64,000 bases of DNA from Candidatus Marinacidobacterales bacterium (lineage in GTDB: Bacteria; Acidobacteriota; Vicinamibacteria; Marinacidobacterales; SMYC01), in the NCBI GenBank assembly GCA_965224085.1, contig CBDCYI010000004.1, positions 1,600,001 to 1,664,000 on the forward strand, given 5' to 3'. Under the pieces are notes generated by a model. The model saw only the letters and a program-made list of their open reading frames with translations, was not told the DNA's origin and ran no database searches. Both the position numbers and the translations under genes were made by a program. Below, in pieces: positions 19,893 to 29,369 of this stretch. Every line of letters starts with the position of its first letter. Positions within the stretch are counted from its first letter, which is position 1.

Positions 19893-19976
19893 GGCCGCAG
19901 TTTTTGCAAATCAACGGGTCGGTTTTGGACACGGCGGATCCAGTTGGCCCATCGCCGGCGAAGGGTTTTACGCTCG
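19893..19976 (-). pseudogene. IS91-like transposase C-terminal remnant
   Basis: RRRWANWIRRV then, after a frameshift, KTDPLICKNCG. Confidence 0.6.
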
Positions 19977-20041
19977 GTGGTGTTGAGCTCGTTTTCGTCG
20001 CCTGTGGATCGTTTCTTTCGGGTATGTTTTTCTCTAATGAC

Positions 20042-21049
20042 TCATGCGGCCGCCTCGATCTCGGCGATCAACGCATCGGTCGCTTCTCGCGTGCTCAGCT
20101 TGCCGCCGAGATCCGGGGTCACCGAACCGGCGTCGAGAGCGCGATCGACCGCGCCCTCGACGAGCGCTGCTAGATCTGTACGATCGACATGCTCGAGAGC
20201 CATCGCAAGGGATAGGATCGCAGCCAGCGGATTGGCACGGCCGGTCGACTGGAGGTCGGGTGCGCTGCCATGAACCGGCTCGAACAGGCCGGCCCGATCG
20301 CCGATGTTCCCGGAGGCGGCTAGTCCGAGCCCGCCGACCAGCATGCAAGCTTCGTCGCTGAGGATGTCGCCGAACAAGTTCGTGGTCACGATCACGGAGA
20401 AGCGCTCGGGTGCCCGGATCAGCTCCATCGCGCAAGTGTCGACCAGCATGTCTTCGAGCTCGATCTCCGGATAGTGCGTCGCGACCTCTCGGCCGACCCG
20501 CCGAAACAGGCCGCAGGTCTCTCTCAAGACGTTGGCCTTGTGTACGAGGGTGACGCGGCGATCGCCACGGGCTCGACTCAGCTCGAGCGCGTAGCGAACG
20601 ATGCGCTCGGAAGCGCTCCGGGTGATCACACGCTCTGTCACCGCCTCGTCGTGGGAGCTTCGCTCGCGTCCGGCGTAGAGCCCTTCGGTGTTCTCGCGCA
20701 CGATCACCATGTCGATCCCGGGACGAGTACCCGGACGCGATCGAATCGGGCGGACGCTAGCATAGAGCCCCAGCTTCTGTCGCAGGGACAGGATCGGTGA
20801 GCGATAGCCGGCGATGTCCGGCGGAGTCGTGACGGCGCCAAACAGCGTCGCGTCGGCGGTCCGCGCCATCTCGAGGGTCGCCTCCGGCAAAGGGGTTTTG
20901 TACTTCTCGAAGGCCCCCAGCCCGATCTCACCGTAGCAGAGCTCGAACTCGAGCGGACGATGCAGTTTCGCGACCACTTCGAGCACCCGTAGCGCCTCGC
21001 GGGTGACTTCAGCGCCGATCCCGTCGCCGCCGAGAACGGCGAGTCTCAT
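20042..21049 (-). CDS. Homoisocitrate/isopropylmalate dehydrogenase family
   Basis: GDGIGAEV, RENTEGLY, HKANV, NLFGDILSD and EPVHGSAPD motifs. Confidence 0.9.
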   Translation of the reverse strand: MRLAVLGGDGIGAEVTREALRVLEVVAKLHRPLEFELCYGEIGLGAFEKYKTPLPEATLEMARTADATLFGAVTTPPDIAGYRSPILSLRQKLGLYASVRPIRSRPGTRPGIDMVIVRENTEGLYAGRERSSHDEAVTERVITRSASERIVRYALELSRARGDRRVTLVHKANVLRETCGLFRRVGREVATHYPEIELEDMLVDTCAMELIRAPERFSVIVTTNLFGDILSDEACMLVGGLGLAASGNIGDRAGLFEPVHGSAPDLQSTGRANPLAAILSLAMALEHVDRTDLAALVEGAVDRALDAGSVTPDLGGKLSTREATDALIAEIEAAA

Positions 21050-21537
21050 TCGAGGTCTTCGATGTCGTGTTCGCGCACGTAGGGGACAATCCCGCCCGCC
21101 TGCACGATCTTTAGCACGAAGGCCGGTAGCGGGCTGGCCTCGAGGGTCTGGCCGTTGGCCCGAACGTGGATCTTGCCGGTGGCCAGATCGACGTCGAGCT
21201 TGGAGCCATCGGCGATGGTGTGAGCCTCGTCGCAGGTCAGAATCGGGAAGCCGACGTTTACCGCATTGCGGAAGAAGATCCTGGCGAAGCTCCGCGCGAT
21301 GACACACTTCACTCCAGAGCCCTTGATCGCGATCGGAGCATGCTCGCGTGACGAGCCGCATCCGAAGTTCTTGCCGGCCACGATGACGTCTCCGGCCACG
21401 ACCGAACCGGCGAAGTCCGGGCGTACCTCGCAGAAGACGTGCTCGGCCAGCTCATGCGGGACGATCGTCAAGTTGTAGCGGCCGGGAATGATCTCGTCGG
21501 TGTTGACATTGTCTTCGAACTTCCAGGCTCTGGCCAT
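21046..21537 (-). CDS. Homoaconitase/3-isopropylmalate dehydratase small subunit
   Basis: NTDEIIPGRY, NFGCGSSREHA and SFARIFFRN motifs. Confidence 0.92.
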   Translation of the reverse strand: MARAWKFEDNVNTDEIIPGRYNLTIVPHELAEHVFCEVRPDFAGSVVAGDVIVAGKNFGCGSSREHAPIAIKGSGVKCVIARSFARIFFRNAVNVGFPILTCDEAHTIADGSKLDVDLATGKIHVRANGQTLEASPLPAFVLKIVQAGGIVPYVREHDIEDLE

Positions 21538-21542
21538 TTCTG

Positions 21543-22793
21543 TCACTCCAGGTATTTGCGCGGGTCGGCGATGCGCCCTTCGATCGCGGTCGCCGCCGCT
21601 GCCGCTGGGCTGCCGAGGTAGATCTCGGCCTCGGGGGAGCCCATGCGGCCGACGAAGTTGCGATTCATCGTGGTGAACGCCTTCTCGCCCGGGGCCAGCA
21701 CACCGCCGTGCCGACCGATGCAGGCACCGCATCCACTCGAGGTCACGACGCAGCCCGCATCGTGAAAAACCTGTACGAGTCCCTCGGCGATAATCTGATC
21801 GAGCACGCGCTGCGATGCCGGCGTGATGATGACGCGAGTGTGCTTCGCCACCTTCTTGCCCTCGAGGATCCGGGCAGCGAGCGCCAGGTCTTCGTAGCGG
21901 GCGTTGGTGCAGGTGCCGATGAAGACCTGGTCGATCGCCATTCCCAGAAGCTCCGACAGCGGCTTCACTCGATCGACCCGCGGGTGGCAGGCGACTTGCG
22001 GCTCCAGCTCGGCAACGTCGATCGCAACTTCCTGTCGATAGGACGGTTGCCGTGCGCGCAGGCTCGGGAAGGGGCCGCGTGCCTCGGTCTGCGACTCGAG
22101 GAACTCGATCGTCGTGTCGTCCGCTCCGATTAGCCCGCATTTCGCACCGAGCTCGGTCGACATGTTGGCGAAGATGATCCGCTCGTGCATCGGTAGGCGC
22201 TCGATGAGCGGACCGGAATACTCCACTGCGGCGTAGGTGGCGCCATCCATACCGAGGACGCGCGCCGTCTCGAGCATCACGTCTTTGGCGAAGACTCCCG
22301 GCGCCAGGGAGCCGCTCAGTCGTACGTGGATCGTTTCCGGAATACGGAACCAGGTTTTGCCGGTCGCCCAGGCGACGCCGATCTCGGTCGAGCCGAAGCC
22401 GGCGGCAAAACAGCCGAAAGCGCCGTAGGTGTTGGTGTGCGAGTCGGCGCCGATGATGATCCGGCCGGGCGCGACGAACCCCTCCTCGATCATCACCTGG
22501 TGGCAGATGCCGCGATGAAAGAAGTTCTCGAGCGCGTGCTCACGAATGAAATCGAGCGCGCGACGCTGGTTGATGGCGGCAGCGATGTTCGGCGCCGGGT
22601 AGGCGTGATCGAAGTGGATCACGATCCGGTCGGGGTGCTTGATCGGCTTGCCGATTTTCCGCCAGGCCTCGATCGCGAGCGGGGTCGTGTTGTCGTGGCT
22701 CATGATCGAGTCGACCTCGGCGATCACGATGTCGCCGGCGGCGACACGGCGCTCGAGGCGGTGCGAGAAGATTTCTTCGACCAGGGTTCCCAT
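21543..22793 (-). CDS. Homoaconitase/3-isopropylmalate dehydratase large subunit
   Basis: GADSHT, FIGTCTN, CGACIG and NRNFVGRMG motifs. Confidence 0.92.
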   Translation of the reverse strand: MGTLVEEIFSHRLERRVAAGDIVIAEVDSIMSHDNTTPLAIEAWRKIGKPIKHPDRIVIHFDHAYPAPNIAAAINQRRALDFIREHALENFFHRGICHQVMIEEGFVAPGRIIIGADSHTNTYGAFGCFAAGFGSTEIGVAWATGKTWFRIPETIHVRLSGSLAPGVFAKDVMLETARVLGMDGATYAAVEYSGPLIERLPMHERIIFANMSTELGAKCGLIGADDTTIEFLESQTEARGPFPSLRARQPSYRQEVAIDVAELEPQVACHPRVDRVKPLSELLGMAIDQVFIGTCTNARYEDLALAARILEGKKVAKHTRVIITPASQRVLDQIIAEGLVQVFHDAGCVVTSSGCGACIGRHGGVLAPGEKAFTTMNRNFVGRMGSPEAEIYLGSPAAAAATAIEGRIADPRKYLE

Positions 22794-23974
22794 CAGCCAG
22801 CCTCCGCCTGACGGTCGCTCGCCGCTTGCTCCCGAGAGGTGAGAAACGAAACCAGCTGCTCCAGTTCGCGCAGGCTGACGGTTCGTCCCTTCCGGCCGAT
22901 CAATTTTACGTCGGCCAGGAGCCTTTCCCGTGTTTCCCAATCGAGCTCGGTCATCCCGATTTGGCGGAGCCCGTGATCGATCGAGGCGCTGCCGGACATG
23001 TGGTCGAGACAGATATCCGAGGACCGCCCGAACAGCGTCGGATCCAGGCTCTGGTAATGAAGAGGATTGCGCAGCGCCGCCTGGGTATGGACGCCGGCGC
23101 AATGTGTGAAGGCGTTGGCGCCGACCACGGGATGATTGACCGGGATCGGGACGCCGGCGTAGCGACTGACCAGCTCATACAGCTCCGGGAGAAGCTCTGG
23201 TCGCCAGTCGGCTCGAAGCCCAAGATCCGAGATCAGCACGGCGATCAACGACGCCATGTCGACGATGCCGGCCCTCTCTCCCAGACCGAGGACCGAAACG
23301 TCGACGATGTCGGCGCCGGCCCGGACCGCATCGAGTGCGTTGGCCAGCGCAAGGCCGCGATCGTTGTGGCAGTGGACCGCAATCAGGGGCTCCAGTCCTT
23401 GGCTCGCGAGACTCCGCTTCATCCAGTCCACGTAGGTGAACATGCTGTTTTCGGTGCCGGAAACCATCGAGCCGGTGGTGTCGGCGATGCTGATGATGTC
23501 GGCGCCTGCGCGAACCGCAGCGATCGCCGCTGTGATCACGTTTGCCGGCTCGGAGCGAACCGTGTCCTCGGGGGTGTACCGGATCAGGAGGTCGGGGTTT
23601 TCCCCTTTGGCGTAAGCGATCGAGTCGGCGATCGCGGCGACCGCCTCGGTTAGATCCTTGCGAAAGACGCCATCGAGCCGGCTCTGGGAGACGCAGTAGA
23701 AGATGCCGAGCATATCGGCGCCACAGTCGAGGGCGAGGTCGATGTCCTCGCGAACAGAGCGCGCATGCGCCGCGATCTTTGCCCTCAGTCCGGCGGAGCT
23801 GAGCTTGCGCACGCCCTCGGCGACCTCGTCCCCCACTTTCGGGTGGCCTGCCTCGATAAATTCGATGCCGACCTCATCGAGCAGCTGGGCGATCGCGAGC
23901 TTGATGTGCGGGTCGAAGTAGACCCCGGGTGTCTGTTCCCCCTCACGCAGGGTGGAGTCGAGCAGCCTAACCAT
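22793..23974 (-). CDS. Homocitrate synthase / DRE-TIM acyltransferase without C-terminal regulatory domain
   Basis: DSTLREGEQ, HCHNDRG, GLGERAG and HCAGVH motifs; about 393 aa. Confidence 0.88.
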   Translation of the reverse strand: MVRLLDSTLREGEQTPGVYFDPHIKLAIAQLLDEVGIEFIEAGHPKVGDEVAEGVRKLSSAGLRAKIAAHARSVREDIDLALDCGADMLGIFYCVSQSRLDGVFRKDLTEAVAAIADSIAYAKGENPDLLIRYTPEDTVRSEPANVITAAIAAVRAGADIISIADTTGSMVSGTENSMFTYVDWMKRSLASQGLEPLIAVHCHNDRGLALANALDAVRAGADIVDVSVLGLGERAGIVDMASLIAVLISDLGLRADWRPELLPELYELVSRYAGVPIPVNHPVVGANAFTHCAGVHTQAALRNPLHYQSLDPTLFGRSSDICLDHMSGSASIDHGLRQIGMTELDWETRERLLADVKLIGRKGRTVSLRELEQLVSFLTSREQAASDRQAEAG

Positions 23975-24054
23975 TCCTTTTGCCTCCGGGCAGCGCCGGT
24001 ATTGGAAGTATCGCGAAAAAGGTACGCTATCATAAGGAACACACGTATAGTATA

Positions 24055-24363
24055 TGCCTTGGTGCACAACTCCGATAGAGGCCGAGAGTTCGCTTGGCCC
24101 CGACTCCCATCATCCGATCATCTCGCTATCAGGCATCCCGAGCGCCGTCATGGTGTTGAGAATCTTGCACCCGATCCTTGCCTCGACTCTCTGTGCCGCC
24201 AACCCTCTCGCTCGCATCGCTGAGCCCACGATAGCCTTGTAGCGATGGAACGTTGTCTCGACTTAGATGACCGCGCTCGGCATGCCCGATACTTACTGCG
24301 CCGGGTGACTCTCCGACCGGCACAGGGAGGTCAGCGATTTGCTCCGGGCCGTGCAACAACGCC
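24055..24363. mobile_element. Back-to-back IS5 (IS903-group) 3'-end remnants
   Basis: Minus 24110-24262 reads VETTFHRYKAIVG..EARIGCKILNTMTALGMPDS; plus 24267-24308 reads MTALGMPDTY. IR-like ends at 24055-24067 and 24351-24363. Confidence 0.72.
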
Positions 24364-24517
24364 CCTCGGCTTCGCGGAAGCGCCCAGCTTCCATAGCAGC
24401 CACCCCACGCGTCATGGCCTCGTCATAGGACTGAAGAACGAGCCAGAGGGTGAGCAGCCACTTCATCGCGAAAGTCTACTACACACCTCCGGGCTGAAGG
24501 AGCGGAACGACCTCTTG

Positions 24518-24985
24518 TTATTGCGGCATGACGCCGACGGGGAGAACGAGCTGGATGCTCCAACGCGCGTCTTCGCGGCGGTCGAGCCGCACCAGCGACG
24601 CTGCATGAAAAACGACCAAGGGCATGCTTTCGTCTTGAGCCAAAAGAGCGCCCGCGATCCGGTTCAAGTATGGCAGATGGCCCACAACCATCACGTTTTG
24701 CTGCAAGCCCGCAGCCTCGCGGCGCAGAGGATTGATGTCGTCATCGGGTCCAATACCGCTCACCGGGCGCCGAGGACATTGAAGGATTGTTTCGAACTCC
24801 TGCGCGGTTTGCACCGCACGCAGCTTTTCGGAGTGTCGTATTTCGGCGACCCGTACCCCGAGGCGTGCGGCGAAAGTGGCGCATCGCCTCACGTTAGCGA
24901 GACCGGCTTCGGTGAGCGGTGGCCCGGCATCCGCGTCTCCCAAATTGGGATCCACATCGCCGTGTCGAACCAGGTACAGCTCCAT
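24518..24985 (-). CDS. sixA: Phosphohistidine phosphatase SixA
   Basis: MELYLVRHG, RAVQTA and VVGHLP motifs. Confidence 0.88.
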   Translation of the reverse strand: MELYLVRHGDVDPNLGDADAGPPLTEAGLANVRRCATFAARLGVRVAEIRHSEKLRAVQTAQEFETILQCPRRPVSGIGPDDDINPLRREAAGLQQNVMVVGHLPYLNRIAGALLAQDESMPLVVFHAASLVRLDRREDARWSIQLVLPVGVMPQ

Positions 24986-25126
24986 GAACGCTCCTCTTTT
25001 GTTGGGTTTCTCAGGATCTTTGTAGCTCGAAACGAGATTAGTCGCGATGAAATCTAATTCTACCCGGTATCTTGCCAGCTTTCTAGCCACCTCTGTGCTA
25101 GGCTTTTCGGCTTTCAGGAGGTCTTA

Positions 25127-26833
25127 TTGCCCGAGAACAAGATTGCCTATTTCTCGATGGAGATTGGGCTCAGCGCGGATATGGCGACCTATTCCGGCGG
25201 GCTGGGGGTGCTCGCCGGAGATACGCTTCGCGCCGCCGCGGATTGGGGGCTGCCGCTCGTCGCGGTCACACTCGTCCATCGGAACGGATATTTTCGCCAG
25301 CATCTGGACGACGGAGGTGCACAGACGGAGTCGCACGATAGCTGGAATGTGGCGGATCGGCTACGGGAGATGGATCCGCGAGTGGACGTCGAGATCGAAG
25401 GAAAGACCGTCACGCTCCGAGCTTGGCTCGAAGAAATCGTGGGGGTTTCCGGACAGAAAGTGGCGGTTTACTTCCTCGACAGCGACGTCGAAGAGAACGA
25501 CCCCGCGAGCCGGACTCTAACGGACCGGCTCTACGGCGGCGACGAGCGTTACCGTCTATCTCAGGAAGTCGTGCTCGGCGTCGGCGGCGTGCGCATGCTG
25601 CAGGCGCTCGGACATCACGCGCTCGAGACCTATCACATGAACGAAGGGCACTCCGCTTTGCTCACGCTCGAGCTCATGCGGAGAACAGCTTTCGATGAGG
25701 GACGCGAGGAGCTGTCCGAGGCGGACATCTCCCGGGTCCGCGAACGATGCGTCTTCACCACCCATACGCCGGTCGCCGCTGGCCACGATCGTTTCCCGGT
25801 CGCGCTCGTGAGGAGTGTGCTCGGCGACGCGACGTGGAAGCGACTCGAAGGTCTCTATGAGCCAGGCGAGTTCAACATGGCTGAGCTCAACATGGCTGAG
25901 CTCAACATGACCGAGCTCGCTCTCCGTCACAGCCGCTACGTCAACAGCGTCGCGCGGCGCCACGGCGATATCACTCGAAACATGTTCGACGGTTACGACG
26001 TCCGAGCGATTACGAATGGCGTTCACGCCGCGACCTGGACCTCGGCGCCGCTGCAAGAGCTCTTCGATCGGCATGTCCCGGGTTGGTGCGAGAACAATCA
26101 AAGCCTTCGCTACATGACCTACACGCCGCTCGAGGAGATCGAAACGGCGCATCGCGCCGCGAAGAAGAACTTGATCGATTATGTCGAGGCGGCGAACGGT
26201 ATTCGCTTGAACGAAGAGACCTTTACTATCGGTTTTGCGCGGCGCGCGGCCGCCTACAAGCGCGCGGATTTGCTCTTCGAGGACATCGAGCGGCTGAAAG
26301 CCATCGCCTCGAAGTCTGGCCCGATTCAAATCGTCTATGCAGGCAAAGCGCATCCTCACGACGAGCCGGGCAAAGAGATCATCCGACGCATCGTTGAAGC
26401 CGGTAAGAACCTCGGGGAGCACGTCATGCTCGTCTATCTCGCGAACTACGGCATCGAGCTCGGTGGTCTCATGACCTCGGGATGCGATCTCTGGCTGAAC
26501 ACGCCCGAGCCTCCAAAAGAAGCCTCGGGGACGAGCGGGATGAAGGCCGCGCTCAACGGTGTCCCGAGCTTGAGTATTCTCGACGGCTGGTGGGTCGAGG
26601 GCCATGTTGAAGGCGTCACGGGATGGTCCATCGGCGATGCCCATCCCGACCGCACCCGTGATGCGAACGAGCTCTACGACAAGCTCGAGACCAAGATTCT
26701 GCCGCTTTACTACGACGATCGCGATGGCTATAGCGGTGTCCGCCGCTACGCGATCTCGCTCAACGGATCGTTCTTCAACACCGAGCGCATGCTAAGCGAA
26801 TATTCGCGGCAGGCCTATCGTCACTCTGAATGA
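25127..26833 (+). CDS. glgP: Alpha-glucan (glycogen/maltodextrin) phosphorylase
   Basis: YSGGLGVLAGD, HMNEGH, GKAHP and EASGTSGMK (PLP lysine) motifs. Confidence 0.93.
   Translation: MPENKIAYFSMEIGLSADMATYSGGLGVLAGDTLRAAADWGLPLVAVTLVHRNGYFRQHLDDGGAQTESHDSWNVADRLREMDPRVDVEIEGKTVTLRAWLEEIVGVSGQKVAVYFLDSDVEENDPASRTLTDRLYGGDERYRLSQEVVLGVGGVRMLQALGHHALETYHMNEGHSALLTLELMRRTAFDEGREELSEADISRVRERCVFTTHTPVAAGHDRFPVALVRSVLGDATWKRLEGLYEPGEFNMAELNMAELNMTELALRHSRYVNSVARRHGDITRNMFDGYDVRAITNGVHAATWTSAPLQELFDRHVPGWCENNQSLRYMTYTPLEEIETAHRAAKKNLIDYVEAANGIRLNEETFTIGFARRAAAYKRADLLFEDIERLKAIASKSGPIQIVYAGKAHPHDEPGKEIIRRIVEAGKNLGEHVMLVYLANYGIELGGLMTSGCDLWLNTPEPPKEASGTSGMKAALNGVPSLSILDGWWVEGHVEGVTGWSIGDAHPDRTRDANELYDKLETKILPLYYDDRDGYSGVRRYAISLNGSFFNTERMLSEYSRQAYRHSE
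25872..25916 (+). repeat. In-frame 15-bp tandem repeat, three copies
   Basis: TCAACATGGCTGAGC twice, then TCAACATGACCGAGC, encoding NMAEL NMAEL NMTEL. Confidence 0.9.
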
Positions 26834-26972
26834 AATGACAGTAATTCCCACAGGAGTGCTCATCGACGAGCTCAGAGAGATTGCGGTGAGGGTGAGTCAG
26901 ATGTTCGTGGCGGACGTTTGGCCTACGACGCTTGAGACACCCTGTGGTCCCCGAACTGATAAGCTGAAGAAC

Positions 26973-28301
26973 ATGTCGGACTCGCCGGTGCCTCCTCTCG
27001 AGCTTCACATTCGATCGCCGGAGATCACGCTCAAAGGAAGGAATCAACGTGACTTCTGGGCTCAGCTGCGCGGGAACATTCGCCATACGCTCCGTAGCGA
27101 AGGCATCTCCTGGCCGATCCAGCGTCGACAAGGACGTCTCTACGTGGAGGCGCGAGATTACACCGAGGCGTCTCTGACATCCGTTGTGAGAACGATCGAT
27201 CGGGTATGCGGAGTCCATTCTGTAGCCGTGGCTCAACGGCTCGCCCGCGACGAGCTCCTACGTGCTGGCGAGATGGACCGCCCCCGGGTCGAGTCGATTG
27301 TCGTCCGACTCGCGCGTGAGAGCTATCGCGCTCAAAAGACTTTTGCCGTGCGTGTGCATCGAGTCGACAAGAATTTCTCGCTGCCGTCGGCCGAGATGGA
27401 GCGCTGGCTAGGACAAGTGGTTCGGGATCGCACCGAATGGGAACGAGTGCGGCTCGACGATCCGGATGTGACGATCCATGTCGACATCTACACCGACGCG
27501 GTTTTCTTCTACACCGAGCGGCCGACAGGAGTCGGCGGGCTCCCGGTGGCTTCGAGCGGCCACGTGATGAGCTTGCTCTCGGGCGGGATCGATTCCCCGG
27601 TCGCATCGTTCCTGATGGCTCGGCGAGGCTGCACCGTCGACTTCTTTCACATGAGCGCGACCCACATGACGGAGGGGCAGCTCGAAAGCTCAGTCCCGGG
27701 ACGTCTCGCGCGCCAGCTCAGCCGCTTCACGCTGCGCTCGCGCCTCTTCGTCGTGCCCTATACGCATTTCGATCTCGCGCTCAGCGGGCGTAACACAGGG
27801 TACGAAACCGTACTCTTTCGCCGCTTCCTCTTCCGGGTCGCCGAGGCGCTAGCGAGAAAAGTGCGCGCGATCGCTATAGTGACGGGGGATAGCCTTTCTC
27901 AAGTCGCCTCTCAGACGATCGAAAATCTCGTCTCCAGCGAAAAAGCCGTCGACATCTGCGTGCTACGTCCACTCTTGGCCATGGACAAACAAGCGATCAT
28001 GAGCGTTGCGGAGCAAATCGAGACCTACGCGATCTCCATCGAGCCCTACAAAGATTGCTGCGCGCTCTTTACCCGGCGCACGCGAACGAAGACCTATGCC
28101 GAAGCCCTGGCTCGATTGGAGACGAAACTGTTCCCGGATTATGAGGCGTTGATCGGGTCCTCTCTCGCCGATACTCTTCGCGCGCAATATGACTGCGGCA
28201 AGCTTCTCTCGATCAAGCGCGGTGTCGCCGGCGGGTGCGAAGCGCTCCAACCGGAAGCCGCGATGGAGGTGACACGGCTCGACAGTGTGTCTCGGAGCTG
28301 A
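26973..28301 (+). CDS. thiI: tRNA 4-thiouridine synthase ThiI (no rhodanese domain)
   Basis: THUMP domain, PP-loop SGGIDSPVA, GDSLSQVASQT and PYKDCC motifs. Confidence 0.9.
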   Translation: MSDSPVPPLELHIRSPEITLKGRNQRDFWAQLRGNIRHTLRSEGISWPIQRRQGRLYVEARDYTEASLTSVVRTIDRVCGVHSVAVAQRLARDELLRAGEMDRPRVESIVVRLARESYRAQKTFAVRVHRVDKNFSLPSAEMERWLGQVVRDRTEWERVRLDDPDVTIHVDIYTDAVFFYTERPTGVGGLPVASSGHVMSLLSGGIDSPVASFLMARRGCTVDFFHMSATHMTEGQLESSVPGRLARQLSRFTLRSRLFVVPYTHFDLALSGRNTGYETVLFRRFLFRVAEALARKVRAIAIVTGDSLSQVASQTIENLVSSEKAVDICVLRPLLAMDKQAIMSVAEQIETYAISIEPYKDCCALFTRRTRTKTYAEALARLETKLFPDYEALIGSSLADTLRAQYDCGKLLSIKRGVAGGCEALQPEAAMEVTRLDSVSRS

Positions 28302-28335
28302 CATCGCCGCTCGAAACCGGAGATAATGGCCGGCG

Positions 28336-28896
28336 ATGTCGCTTCTAGGATTCTGCCAATTGCTGGCGGAGACGCCGTGGAGCATTGCGCTTCACGAATC
28401 GCTCTGGGTTTATCCCCTCGTCGAGTCGACTCATGTGTGGGCGCTCGCTCTGTTCTTCGGCTTCGCTGTGATTCTGGATTTCCGGCTTTTGGGCTTTGCT
28501 TTGCGACAGGTCCCGGTCTCGGAAGTCGCGAAAAAACTCTTGCCTTGGACTATCGCGGGTTTCATCGTGATGGTCATTACCGGCGGGCTCCTGTTCTACG
28601 CGATCCCCGTCCGGACCTACCAGAGCATTTTCTTTCGGGTGAAAGTGATCCTGCTCATCTTGGCCGGCATCAACGTGTGGGTGTTTCACGGGACGATTTG
28701 GCGTCGCGTCGCCGAGTGGGATCGCGACGCAGTGACGCCGAAAAGCGCGAGATTTGCGGGCGCGGCCTCGCTCGTTCTCTGGATGTGTATCATTTTCGCG
28801 GGGCGCATGATCGCCTATAACTGGTTCGACTGCGATCGGCAGCCGCAGCCTGCGATCGTCAACTGGGCGGCCGGATGCGTCGTGGAGCTCGAGTGA
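28336..28896 (+). CDS. DUF6644-like membrane protein
   Basis: YPLVESTHV..LDFRLLG..TGGLLF..AGRMIAY. Confidence 0.7.
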   Translation: MSLLGFCQLLAETPWSIALHESLWVYPLVESTHVWALALFFGFAVILDFRLLGFALRQVPVSEVAKKLLPWTIAGFIVMVITGGLLFYAIPVRTYQSIFFRVKVILLILAGINVWVFHGTIWRRVAEWDRDAVTPKSARFAGAASLVLWMCIIFAGRMIAYNWFDCDRQPQPAIVNWAAGCVVELE

Positions 28897-29369
28897 TGCT
28901 TTTACCGCTTTTCGAATGGTTCGAGTTTACGACGGTGGGCGAGATCATTCGCAACTCTACGTGGCTTTTTCCCTTCATCGAGGCGTTTCACCTCGTCGCC
29001 TTCGGCGTTCTCGGAGGCGCTGTGCTCCTCGTAGACTTCCGCCTGATAGGGCTAGCGTTTCGAGCGCAACCCGTCGCTCACGTCGCACAGGAGATGACAC
29101 CGTGGCTGCGGCGAAGCCTGGCGGTAGCTGTCGTCTCCGGGAGCTTGCTCTTCGTCTCCGAATCCGTGAAGTGCTATTACAGCGAGGCGTTCTGGATCAA
29201 GATCACGGGTCTCTTCTTCGCGCTCATCTTCACCTTTACGATTCGCCGCAAAGTGACGATGGCGGAGGCCGGGAGCATCGGCCCCATCTGGAACCGGCTC
29301 GTCGGGCTCGTGTCGATCGGTCTCTGGGCGACCGTCGCTTGGGGCGGACGCTGGATCGGTTTTTCCTAG
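28896..29369 (+). CDS. DUF6644-like membrane protein (paralog)
   Basis: FPFIEAFHL..VDFRLIG..SGSLLF..GGRWIGF. Confidence 0.7.
   Translation: MLLPLFEWFEFTTVGEIIRNSTWLFPFIEAFHLVAFGVLGGAVLLVDFRLIGLAFRAQPVAHVAQEMTPWLRRSLAVAVVSGSLLFVSESVKCYYSEAFWIKITGLFFALIFTFTIRRKVTMAEAGSIGPIWNRLVGLVSIGLWATVAWGGRWIGFS

Noticed and set aside
21050-23102. N-terminal extensions on the dehydrogenase and dehydratase ORFs suggesting fusions
   Set aside because: Out-of-frame overlaps with upstream genes; coupled starts exist at 21049, 21537 and 22793.
25872-25916. Repeat as a possible CRISPR array
   Set aside because: No spacers, lies in-frame within a CDS, and there are no cas genes.
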